This document shows positions 48,165 through 56,291 of a DNA stretch of 64,000 bases, piece by piece (position 1 is the stretch's first letter; each line of letters opens with the position of its first letter). Source of the stretch: a virus (lineage: Duplodnaviria > Caudoviricetes). The position numbers were made by a program, and so were the translations under genes. Location of the stretch: IMG/VR virus record IMGVR_UViG_3300038679_000051, positions 64,001 through 128,000 of that record; one strand, written 5' to 3'. The notes below the pieces were generated by a model. It saw nothing but the letters and a program-made list of their open reading frames with translations, made no database searches and was not told where the DNA came from.

Positions 48165-49334
48165 TTAATCAGGAGAACCTCTTGGTGCCATTTCCGTTTC
48201 GTCTTTTGACATCAGTTGTTTTGTCAACTCGAAGATTTTGGTTCTGCTCGGTATTTCTTTCAGCCAAATGTTGTTCGTCTTTGACATGATGTCGGCGACG
48301 GCTGCATTAGCCACGATCACAATTCCCATGGTTTGATATTGCGGCTTAAGGATTTGTGAGGCTAAGACTATGGCCATGTCTTTTTCCTTCGAGTCGCAGA
48401 GATGTTCCACGAAATCAAAGACATTGCTGACTTGCGCTTTGGTTACTTTCTTGTCCAAATTTCTGATATATGAAACCACACCCCACACCAGACCGGCCAT
48501 CAGATCACGGCTTATTTCTCGTCCCAGATCATAGATCGGTTTCACGCCATAATTCAGGATGTCCTTCGGTTCGATCTCGAAATTGACCTTTTCATATTGG
48601 ATGGCCAATTCACGACCGATCAATCCCGCTCTGACGTCACGCACGACGTCCAATGGGAATTCTGGGGCATGTTTCTCAATGCGTCCCACTGCCTCCCACA
48701 ATCGCGGTGATGGTTCGATCTTGAAATCCAATGAACCTTTTTCTCTCGTGCAGAGATTGGCCGGATCTGAACCGATGAACTGAATGATCCGCGTAACTTC
48801 CGTATTTGTTCTGTTGGTCACGTAGCTCATCCATTCCGTCATGTAATCCTCTGACATGGTCAATTCTACGTGGCAGAATCGTCCAATGAATGCCTTACAG
48901 AAATCGTTGACGTGGTATCCGTTGTTGTAATTGCCAGCACTGACCACTGACCAACCAGTGAAATTATCATTGTCGTCGTATGAGGTTGGTAACTCGTACG
49001 TGCCAATTCTCCTCTCAACGATCAATTGGAACGCCGCCTGAATGACCGGGTCATCTGCTCGATTTAATTCATCCAGAAAGAACAACCCCTGTCCCTCGCG
49101 GGGCAACTCCGCTGGTGGGCGATAGATCGTATAGCCGTTTTCTTTGTCCGGAAATCCTCGGAGATCCGTGGCCTCGATCTGTGCAGCCCGATAATCCACA
49201 AAACCAATTTGCATTTCTTGTGTAACTTGTCTGACGATGCTTGACTTACCCATCCCATGATGACCCCAAATCATGATGGGCACTTGTACTTTGTGACACA
49301 GTCCGATCGCACCCTTCAATTCAGCTACATTCAT
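48165..49334 (-). CDS. MoxR-like AAA+ ATPase
   Basis: Walker A GHHGMGKS, DLRGFP, Walker B FLDELNRA, AGN, RF.H, SPRLW. Confidence 0.85.
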   Translation of the reverse strand: MNVAELKGAIGLCHKVQVPIMIWGHHGMGKSSIVRQVTQEMQIGFVDYRAAQIEATDLRGFPDKENGYTIYRPPAELPREGQGLFFLDELNRADDPVIQAAFQLIVERRIGTYELPTSYDDNDNFTGWSVVSAGNYNNGYHVNDFCKAFIGRFCHVELTMSEDYMTEWMSYVTNRTNTEVTRIIQFIGSDPANLCTREKGSLDFKIEPSPRLWEAVGRIEKHAPEFPLDVVRDVRAGLIGRELAIQYEKVNFEIEPKDILNYGVKPIYDLGREISRDLMAGLVWGVVSYIRNLDKKVTKAQVSNVFDFVEHLCDSKEKDMAIVLASQILKPQYQTMGIVIVANAAVADIMSKTNNIWLKEIPSRTKIFELTKQLMSKDETEMAPRGSPD

Positions 49335-49423
49335 TTCTGTCTCCTTTCATCGCCCCCAACCATTAAATCCGTTCTTCTATCGCGTAAACATTGCGAAATG
49401 TCTGTCATCTCAGAGAACCATTG

Positions 49424-49660
49424 TCATACAGAACGATTAGAAGTTTGGTTCATGAACAGCCCTTCACGTTCGATGCGTGATAATTGCCTTAGATCAGCGG
49501 CAGATAAATCATGGCGCGTCCCCGACGGGGAGATGAACGTCCAGTCGGATTCACATCGCCATCCAGATTCCCAACAACGTGTCACTGCATCTAACCACAT
49601 TTTGTACTTCTCAGAACTCGTTTTCGTTTCATTCATTTGTAACCTCCAACTCAGTACCAC
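49424..49660 (-). CDS. hypothetical protein
   Basis: WTFISPSG..HDLSAADL motif; probable start at internal MNET. Confidence 0.45.
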   Translation of the reverse strand: MVLSWRLQMNETKTSSEKYKMWLDAVTRCWESGWRCESDWTFISPSGTRHDLSAADLRQLSRIEREGLFMNQTSNRSV

Positions 49661-49820
49661 GAATCAGAATTGATCGGCCATCGTCAAACGTCACTTCCCA
49701 CATACAAGGCGGGACTTCCCCGACAATTTTAGTGATTTTGCCGACCATGCCATCATATTTTGGATGCGTCTCACCCTTCACTCTAATCGTAACGCGATCA
49801 CCGACTTTGTTTTTGCTCAT
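49629..49820 (-). CDS. small SH3/KOW-like protein
   Basis: KVGDRVTI...GKIT..V.FDDG. Confidence 0.45.
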   Translation of the reverse strand: MSKNKVGDRVTIRVKGETHPKYDGMVGKITKIVGEVPPCMWEVTFDDGRSILIRGTELEVTNE

Positions 49821-49829
49821 GCACCCCTC

Positions 49830-50282
49830 CTAATATACGGAAAATCCACCACAGTTCTGTAGAAATGTAATGAATTCCTTTAGGTGATCCAAATTAATTC
49901 TGTATGGACTGACCAGATCATCCCTACTGCCCTTGTACGTTTTCATATTGACAAACGCATTGGTTTTCTCGTCAATTACCAACGAATTTGTAGGAAGACG
50001 TAATTCATTGTCACCAAGAACAAAACCAAATTCGGTAGCCAGTGCTGGTTTGTTGATAATTTCGTTTAATTCCTCGGCTACGCGCAGACATTGTTCGTCG
50101 GTCAATCCCGCACCGTCGTTATACCTCATTGCAACGTACACTTCCTCAGAAATCAACTCATTATTGTTTCGTTTGTTGATGATGCCCAACAATTCATGTA
50201 GTGGATGCCATGACCAAATATTAGCCCTGAAATACTCGCCCTGTTCATTTCTCGGTTTAGTCCCGGTTACGTCCATCCCCAT
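49830..50282 (-). CDS. conserved phage protein
   Basis: MGMDV...GEYFRANIWSWHPL...F..FLQNCGGFSVY. Confidence 0.6.
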   Translation of the reverse strand: MGMDVTGTKPRNEQGEYFRANIWSWHPLHELLGIINKRNNNELISEEVYVAMRYNDGAGLTDEQCLRVAEELNEIINKPALATEFGFVLGDNELRLPTNSLVIDEKTNAFVNMKTYKGSRDDLVSPYRINLDHLKEFITFLQNCGGFSVY

Positions 50283-51037
50283 TCATTTACCCTCCTTTTC
50301 GTCTCTCCATGTTTTATCTCCTCTCTAAGGGCTGGGTCCTTGACATATTGAAGTGCCCAACCATCCTGTTGCGCTGCTACCATACATATTTCCAGTGTCT
50401 GTTCTTTAACAAATTGAAGTGCGTAACAATTTTGTCTTACTGCTGCCATGCACATTTCCGGCGTCTGTTCTTTGTTGTTCGCAGAATATTTGACATATCT
50501 AAGTGCCCAACCATGTTGTTTTACTGCCGCCATACATATTTCTGGCGTTTGTTCTTTGACATATCGAAGTGCATCACCATCTTGTTGCACTGCTGCCATA
50601 CATATTTCTGGCGTCTGTTCTTTGACATATTCAAGTGCCGAACCATTTTGTTGTACTGCTGCCAGATATAATTCCGGCGTCTGTTCCTTGACATAATCGA
50701 GTGCAAAACCGTTTCGTTTTACTGCTACCATGCACAATTCCGGCGTCTGTTCCTTAACATAATGAAGTGCCAGACCATCTCGTTTTACCGCCGCTAGACA
50801 TATGTCTGGCGTCTGCTCTTCAACAAATTCAAGCGCTCGACGATTTTGTTGCACTGCCGCCATGCATATTTCAGGAAATTGCTCATTTAGGTGTTTGAGT
50901 ACATTCCCTAAACCTATTTCATCATTCATCAATTTCTTGACAATCGTTGCATCCTTCATTCGTTCATAATCAATCTTCCTCATTGCCTGGATCACGTCAT
51001 TTAATTGTTCTTTGGTTACGTTCGTCATCCAGTGCAC
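50267..51037 (-). CDS. DUF4116-like repeat protein with MHW leader (GTG start)
   Basis: About 8 repeats; flanked by a perfect 37-bp direct repeat at 50311-50347 and 51038-51074. Confidence 0.75.
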   Translation of the reverse strand: MHWMTNVTKEQLNDVIQAMRKIDYERMKDATIVKKLMNDEIGLGNVLKHLNEQFPEICMAAVQQNRRALEFVEEQTPDICLAAVKRDGLALHYVKEQTPELCMVAVKRNGFALDYVKEQTPELYLAAVQQNGSALEYVKEQTPEICMAAVQQDGDALRYVKEQTPEICMAAVKQHGWALRYVKYSANNKEQTPEMCMAAVRQNCYALQFVKEQTLEICMVAAQQDGWALQYVKDPALREEIKHGETKRRVNEWGWT

Positions 51038-51137
51038 GTTTTATCTCCTCTCTAAGGGCTGGGTCCTTGACATACTTAAGTGCCTGACCATCTTGTCTTA
51101 CTGCCGCTGCCAGCCGTCGTTGCAGTCGTTGCTCCTT

Positions 51138-51458
51138 TCATCTCCATTCCCACAGACATGAGTTTATTTTGATGCGTTTATTGCTTTTCCGCAACCTGTC
51201 GCCCAGGTCTTTCAGAGATGACTTATTGAACCAGAAACCAACTCGTTCCCATTTATCCTTGGGATACCAATCACAAGCGACAACATCATTTTTTACTACT
51301 TCCAGAAACAACCGCCCATCATCCAACAGGAGAACGACCAGATTCTCCCTGACGGCAAACGCCTTGAAATCATAAGCTTTGCCCATGATTTCTTCTCGTT
51401 CAAATTCATTTGCCGTTCTGGGTTTCATATACAGTTGTGCAAGTGCATTCATTCCCAT
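51138..51458 (-). CDS. hypothetical protein
   Basis: RBS AGGAGG. Confidence 0.45.
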   Translation of the reverse strand: MGMNALAQLYMKPRTANEFEREEIMGKAYDFKAFAVRENLVVLLLDDGRLFLEVVKNDVVACDWYPKDKWERVGFWFNKSSLKDLGDRLRKSNKRIKINSCLWEWR

Positions 51459-51476
51459 TTTTAATCCTCCTTGATG

Positions 51477-51665
51477 TCAGAACTCGTCCACATCGCCATA
51501 TTTGGTTAGAACGGCGATGACTGCCTCTTTGATTTGCCCAGCGATTTTCTCAACGTCTGCAGTCCCATCACGGATCTTAATTAATTCAAGATCAATAAAG
51601 ATCTCGACGTCTTCCTTCTTCTGTGAAGTCAGAATAATGTTAACGTCCAGTTGGCTGACTGTCAT
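51477..51665 (-). CDS. hypothetical protein
   Basis: ATGA coupling. Confidence 0.45.
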   Translation of the reverse strand: MTVSQLDVNIILTSQKKEDVEIFIDLELIKIRDGTADVEKIAGQIKEAVIAVLTKYGDVDEF

Positions 51666-51904
51666 CGCTCGTTTCTCCTTAATGGTAGTTTTCTGAGTTC
51701 GTTCTCGATTGCTTTCCCAATATAAGGGCTGAACATAGATAACAATGCCGGTGAAATCTTTTTCTTTACCTTCGGTTCCATCCGTTCAATATTTGTGGAG
51801 GGAACCTGCCGAGCACAACATTTCTTCTTCTTTTTGCCGCTGCCACACGAACATGGCTTATTCATGTTTGCAGTGTCCTTGACATATGCCGTGGTACTTG
51901 CCAT
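51662..51904 (-). CDS. SEC-C metal-binding motif protein
   Basis: NKPCSCGSGKKKKKCC. Confidence 0.7.
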   Translation of the reverse strand: MASTTAYVKDTANMNKPCSCGSGKKKKKCCARQVPSTNIERMEPKVKKKISPALLSMFSPYIGKAIENELRKLPLRRNER

Positions 51905-51921
51905 ATCTCATTGGTTCTCTC

Positions 51922-52248
51922 CTACCATTCAGTCCACACGTCACACACCAGTTTAGTGAGGTTCGCTTCTTCGATTTCGTACTTGCCCCGCATTTCCGGT
52001 AAGGCGTAAACGTATTTCCCGTCTTCCTTGATGACGAACGTACAAAAGCCCGAATCAAAGAAGACGTCGGTACCGTCTGGTACTTCAAACGAGCCGTGCT
52101 CGTCGATTTTATCATCGATATTGAAACCAGGACTTTCCTTGATGGCTTTCTTGGAGATTAAAACCATCTTCATTCGGTCGTGGCAAACGGCGTAGTTGAG
52201 CGTCGTCTTTCCACGTTTGGTCTTGATCTTATCCTTTATCTGTGTCAT
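51922..52248 (-). CDS. hypothetical protein
   Basis: ATGA coupling. Confidence 0.45.
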   Translation of the reverse strand: MTQIKDKIKTKRGKTTLNYAVCHDRMKMVLISKKAIKESPGFNIDDKIDEHGSFEVPDGTDVFFDSGFCTFVIKEDGKYVYALPEMRGKYEIEEANLTKLVCDVWTEW

Positions 52249-52622
52249 TTGGTCATATCGTTTCTAGTGTTTTCATCCATTCCATACAGCATATCACGGA
52301 CGGCCTTAATTGCTTTCTCAAGGTCTTCTGATGAGATCTCATCAGGCTCGCTCATGAGATGGTCCCACATGTATTCGGCCAATGCAGGGATGAACGAATT
52401 GTCTAAATCATTCACGGTCGTTGCGGTTCCGCTCATCATCATGACTACGGAAAAATCTACTGCCCTCATCTGCCAACCAATGACGTACTTCATGCTGAGA
52501 TAACAAAGATTGTTCAGTTCTTCAGTGGTTGGCACGTGCGTAGTAAAATCAACCAGTACCGGTGCGTTCTTGTTCTTGTCCTCAATCATCTTAATCCAAT
52601 CATGTAGTTCTTTTCTTGTCAT
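52245..52622 (-). CDS. hypothetical protein
   Basis: RBS AAGGAG. Confidence 0.5.
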   Translation of the reverse strand: MTRKELHDWIKMIEDKNKNAPVLVDFTTHVPTTEELNNLCYLSMKYVIGWQMRAVDFSVVMMMSGTATTVNDLDNSFIPALAEYMWDHLMSEPDEISSEDLEKAIKAVRDMLYGMDENTRNDMTK

Positions 52623-52682
52623 GGCGTTCTCCTTAAATGGTTATTAGTGTTTTCTGAGTTCGTTTTATTCATCCGTTCCTCG

Positions 52683-52928
52683 TTATTCATTAAGGCGCTG
52701 GAAGTTCTTAAAATCATCACTCCAAATTTGACGACTCGCATCGTTTTCAAATTTCACGATCATTTTGGGTCGACCGTCTTCAAATGGTTCAACGTCAGTC
52801 ACTACACCAGTCATTCCTTTACTGACATGAAGATGCTGTTTTTCGCCATCAGACCAGAAAACATCATTCAAAACGACAACCCGATCACCCTTTATCATTT
52901 TCTTTTCCCTTTCTTTTGTCATTTTCAT
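52683..52928 (-). CDS. small SH3/KOW-like protein
   Basis: KGDRVVVL...GMTGVV; starts just after H6. Confidence 0.45.
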   Translation of the reverse strand: MKMTKEREKKMIKGDRVVVLNDVFWSDGEKQHLHVSKGMTGVVTDVEPFEDGRPKMIVKFENDASRQIWSDDFKNFQRLNE

Positions 52929-52953
52929 TTATTATTTCCCAACATCTTAGTTT

Positions 52954-53012
52954 CCCATTAGGGGATATGAGATCCCCTTTCGACTAGTTACTAGCTAGTC
53001 TCATCAGATGGG
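52954..53012 (-). ncRNA. type I hammerhead ribozyme (H6)
   Basis: CCCAT-CTGATGA-GACTAG(CTAGTAA)CTAGTC-GAAA-GGGGAT..ATCCCC-TA/ATGGG-AAACTA; loop TAGT complements tail ACTA. Confidence 0.9.
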
Positions 53013-53119
53013 TCAATTATGGTTCCGAGGCATATCCCATACAGTAATCACATTCATAAATCATATGCATATGACATCTACATCCCGGCGGTCTACTTCT
53101 GACATCCGCCTCTTCCAAA

Positions 53120-53413
53120 TCACACCTGAAAAACATCCGGTGCACGCCAGGTGATCCATTCCCTATCCCAGAATCTCAAATCACTCTTTTCATCTGCTGT
53201 TCGGACCATAAACATACCATTCCCCATATCCATAACAAACCATCTATAAACACCATCTGGTTTGTCAGACATATAACAGACCGGTCGTTCCCCGTTCTCC
53301 AACAGAAAAACATCACACTCCCAACATTTCACAATCACATGCGCACCAACTAGTTCAGCCAACGCATCGAGATCATCATGGTTTTTCACGTTATAATCCC
53401 CCTGAACAATCAC
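53120..53413 (-). CDS. hypothetical protein
   Basis: Co-oriented; strongly G/T-biased coding strand. Confidence 0.45.
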   Translation of the reverse strand: MIVQGDYNVKNHDDLDALAELVGAHVIVKCWECDVFLLENGERPVCYMSDKPDGVYRWFVMDMGNGMFMVRTADEKSDLRFWDREWITWRAPDVFQV

Positions 53414-53604
53414 AAAACACGTACCAACTCAGTTTCATCATCAAACGAAATAACTTCATTTATTTCACAACTAGTAGTATAATACACAATGTCACGCTTC
53501 GAATAATTAAAGTTAGAACAACCCATAATCTCTTGAACAGACTTAAACGTCAAATCATCACTCAAAAAAACACCATCAGACTTCCGCCTAATCCTAAATC
53601 TCAT
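53410..53604 (-). CDS. hypothetical protein
   Basis: GTGA overlap with the next gene; G/T-biased. Confidence 0.4.
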   Translation of the reverse strand: MRFRIRRKSDGVFLSDDLTFKSVQEIMGCSNFNYSKRDIVYYTTSCEINEVISFDDETELVRVL

Positions 53605-53868
53605 CCAAATGCCTCATCACTCATCGCATTCCCTCCCAATCATCGAAACAATCCCGTTGTTGGTGTTGGTTGAAGAACCCTTTAAGTGCGTGTAAGAGGC
53701 TTGATTATCGCAAATATATTATATATTTTAATTATTTCACTAATAGGATATTAACAGCTTGCTAATGCTTACTTAATAGCTCCCGTATGCGACCCTAATG
53801 CACATAGAGCAAGCGTTGACGCTCATTGTGCAGCTCATTGTGCACTGACTTATTGCACACCGAGCAAG

Positions 53869-54081
53869 CGTTGACGCTCATTGTGCATCAATACGTTCTG
53901 GGTTAGTTTGAACCAGAACAAAGAAAACCGCTATCCACATTTAAGATGCTCCGGTTTTCCCGGCTACATTTTACGTGGAAATCACCCAATCTAACGCTTG
54001 CGGCGTTAGCTCTAAGGGTGACTTGTTGCGGCAAAACGTTGACGCTCATTGTGCATCAATACGTTCTGGGTTAGTTTGAAC
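53869..54081. repeat. 45-bp direct repeat duplicating the 3' end of the receiver gene
   Basis: CGTTGACGCTCATTGTGCATCAATACGTTCTGGGTTAGTTTGAAC at 53869-53913 and 54037-54081; partial third copy near 53807-53832. Confidence 0.85.
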
Positions 54082-54384
54082 TGGATCACACCGAACCAAC
54101 TCGGTAACACTAATTCTGATGTACCCCATTGCCACTAACGCACGAGCGATGTTTTCTCTCCCCACTGGATTCATAGTTACTAATACGACCGCTTCTGGTT
54201 GATAGGCAGGATTTTGTTCCAGCCAATTGGTTATATCATATCCCGTCTTCTCCTCACCTAAATCGTGGTCCAAGTACAGGACATCCCAGGGACCATTCTG
54301 TAATGCCACAATTCCGTCATCATATGTTCTGGCTGTGCGGTGGACGGTCATTACTCTTAAATCATCAATCAGAAGCATTTTCAT
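54046..54384 (-). CDS. stand-alone receiver domain of the cyclic-phosphate-processing type
   Basis: LLIDDLR...LYLDHDLGEEKTGYDITNWL...TMNPVGRENI. Confidence 0.7.
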   Translation of the reverse strand: MKMLLIDDLRVMTVHRTARTYDDGIVALQNGPWDVLYLDHDLGEEKTGYDITNWLEQNPAYQPEAVVLVTMNPVGRENIARALVAMGYIRISVTELVRCDPVQTNPERIDAQ

Positions 54385-54395
54385 ATGGCATCTCC

Positions 54396-54650
54396 TCAGA
54401 CATCTGGTTCCCGTTCTTTATGCCTGGCAAAACGCGACCGCGTTTCTTCTGCTCCCGCGTTATAACCAGCACACCATCGTTGGTTCCAGGCATTCAAATG
54501 AATCTCAATAAATTTCCCGACGACATCCATAGCAACTTCATGTGTGCAACCTGTCGTTTTACGAATATAAATTGCCATCTCTCGGTGCCAATTTGGTGTT
54601 TCGGCATTTTGAAGTTCATCGTGATCCATTTTGGCACCCTCCTCCTTCAT
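54396..54650 (-). CDS. hypothetical protein
   Basis: Co-oriented ORF. Confidence 0.4.
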   Translation of the reverse strand: MKEEGAKMDHDELQNAETPNWHREMAIYIRKTTGCTHEVAMDVVGKFIEIHLNAWNQRWCAGYNAGAEETRSRFARHKEREPDV

Positions 54651-54800
54651 GATTTACCCACAAGAATCCGTCCCAGTCGTTTGTGACCAGCATGTTTGTA
54701 CCATTTCTTCCACCAAATGGCGACTTCTTTTGCCGACCATTCCTTGTTGAATTCCTCGGCAGCTTGTTCTGCGGCTACATCCATTCCGTCTGGGATCATG

Positions 54801-55145
54801 TCATTTCTCCTTGATCGTTTTATCACAATGCCAGTAACAATCATCACCTTGTTGGAGATTCCAAACACGGAATGATACTGCTTTAAATGACGGTTTGCCG
54901 TCGACTCCTGGTCGAGCAGCATTTTCGAAAACGCCCACAGGGACTTTCAAGATGTAATTCAGTGCAGCAGCAGGATTGACAACAACTACACCTTCGTACT
55001 CCTCATCTTTATCACCAGCAGCAGTTTCACTGAATGCATCCTCATCACCAACGTGGACCAACTCGATGCGAAGCTGGTCTGCCAACTGAATCTGATCCTC
55101 GGTCGGTACATGTCTTGAAATGAATGCGAATCTCTTTTTTCTCAT
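54801..55145 (-). CDS. hypothetical phage protein
   Basis: FAFISRHVPT.DQ..LA...ELVHVGD.DAF...VVVVNPAAAL...GVFEN..R motif. Confidence 0.55.
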   Translation of the reverse strand: MRKKRFAFISRHVPTEDQIQLADQLRIELVHVGDEDAFSETAAGDKDEEYEGVVVVNPAAALNYILKVPVGVFENAARPGVDGKPSFKAVSFRVWNLQQGDDCYWHCDKTIKEK

Positions 55146-55253
55146 CTCTCCCTCCCTTTCGTTTGGTGGATGTTATTTGTGGGGTTTCTACATATACAAG
55201 CCTATTGTCATATCTGACCGATTTCGGGGGATATAACAACATATACGTTTCTA

Positions 55254-55439
55254 TTAGATGACATCATAACCGTTGAGGAAGATAACACCATCACCGCGAC
55301 GAGCACGACGGTGTGCAGCTTTCTTCAGCTGCTTTTTGATTTTCTGAGAACAACGGGTCTTCGCACGACAAGACCATGACCACTTCCAGTCGTTGGAGAA
55401 ATATTCCTTCTCTACGATCTTGCTGGTGCTTCGACGCAT
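55254..55439 (-). CDS. small basic protein inside the inverted repeat
   Basis: AGGAGG RBS directly after H7; KKAAHRRARR. Confidence 0.5.
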   Translation of the reverse strand: MRRSTSKIVEKEYFSNDWKWSWSCRAKTRCSQKIKKQLKKAAHRRARRGDGVIFLNGYDVI

Positions 55440-55466
55440 GCCACACCTCCTTTCAGTTTGGTGGCT

Positions 55467-55523
55467 CCCATTAGGGGAGGTTTCCCTCCCCTTTCGACCG
55501 TGCCACCGGTCTCCTCAGATGGG
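55467..55523 (-). ncRNA. type I hammerhead ribozyme (H7)
   Basis: CCCAT-CTGAGGA-GACCG(GTGGCA)CGGTC-GAAA-GGGGAGG..CCTCCCC-TA/ATGGG-AGCCAC; loop GTGGC complements tail GCCAC. Confidence 0.9.
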
Positions 55524-55682
55524 CTGCAGCACCCTAGCTTCTTCCTGCACGCGGGTTCTCTTCGGCTTACTGGGGTACTTTGCATATGAACCAATCCAAT
55601 GAAGAGTTGGTTCATGTGCTTTTCCCCCATCTTCAGCAGCTAGTTTCGGTCGAGGGCTTTCGACCGTTGTGCGGTGCTGCAT
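55515..55682 (-). CDS. possible 55-aa ORF ending in the H7 core
   Basis: MQHRTTVESP...RVLQPI-TGA, read by hand; not in the ORF track. Confidence 0.3.
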   Translation of the reverse strand: MQHRTTVESPRPKLAAEDGGKAHEPTLHWIGSYAKYPSKPKRTRVQEEARVLQPI

Positions 55683-55956
55683 TCTTATTTTTTACGAATA
55701 TCGCATAAGAAACCTCCTTCTTTAATTGTACCGGGATCTACGGTCAGGAGCACAAGCATATTTTGCCTCCCAGTATCTAATGGCTCCCTCCGGACTGGGT
55801 CTTAATTCACAAGAATGTCGCACCTCCTTTCTTGGTTTGTATGTTCATCGGCAATAAAAGCGTATATGTTGCTATATCCCCCGAAATCGGTCAGATATGA
55901 CAATAGGCTTGTATATGTTGCCACCGGGGATGATTTATTGTCCCCGGTGGCACAGG

Positions 55957-56163
55957 TCATTTGGCTTGCAGCGCAGCCTCGATAGCTGCCTGCAGGTCGA
56001 TTACCTGCATGTGGCGTGCACGATTCAACATCTTTATGTAATTCGCGGCTTCATCGACCGTCCCACGATAGACGGTCTGACCACTTCTTTTCCTGATTTC
56101 CACCATCTTCTTGTCTGGGGACGGGAAGCATTTCAGTCCCAACTGGCACAGGTTTTCATTCAT
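55957..56163 (-). CDS. hypothetical protein
   Basis: AGGAGG RBS. Confidence 0.5.
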   Translation of the reverse strand: MNENLCQLGLKCFPSPDKKMVEIRKRSGQTVYRGTVDEAANYIKMLNRARHMQVIDLQAAIEAALQAK

Positions 56164-56291
56164 TGGACACCTCCTTTTTCTGACTTTACTCTACTCGATT
56201 AGGATCACAATGATCCCTGGGTAGACAACCCTCTTTGTGGAAGGTTGTCTACCGAGGGATCATACCCTCGGCGGGCTTTCACCCGGTGTGA

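Larger units (their letters stand above)
55191..55917. repeat. 57-bp inverted repeat pair enclosing about 610 bp
   Basis: 55191-55247 is the reverse complement of 55861-55917 with one mismatch. Confidence 0.9.

Noticed and set aside
1464-51037. Diversity-generating retroelement acting on DUF4116 genes
   Set aside because: No reverse transcriptase or avd in the window, no clear TR/VR pair, and the variation is not visibly adenine-specific.
55412-55630. ORF spanning hammerhead H7
   Set aside because: It crosses the ribozyme and overlaps the RBS of 55254..55439; probably spurious.
55191-55917. Autonomous IS element
   Set aside because: No transposase ORF and no clear target-site duplication; kept only as an inverted-repeat finding.
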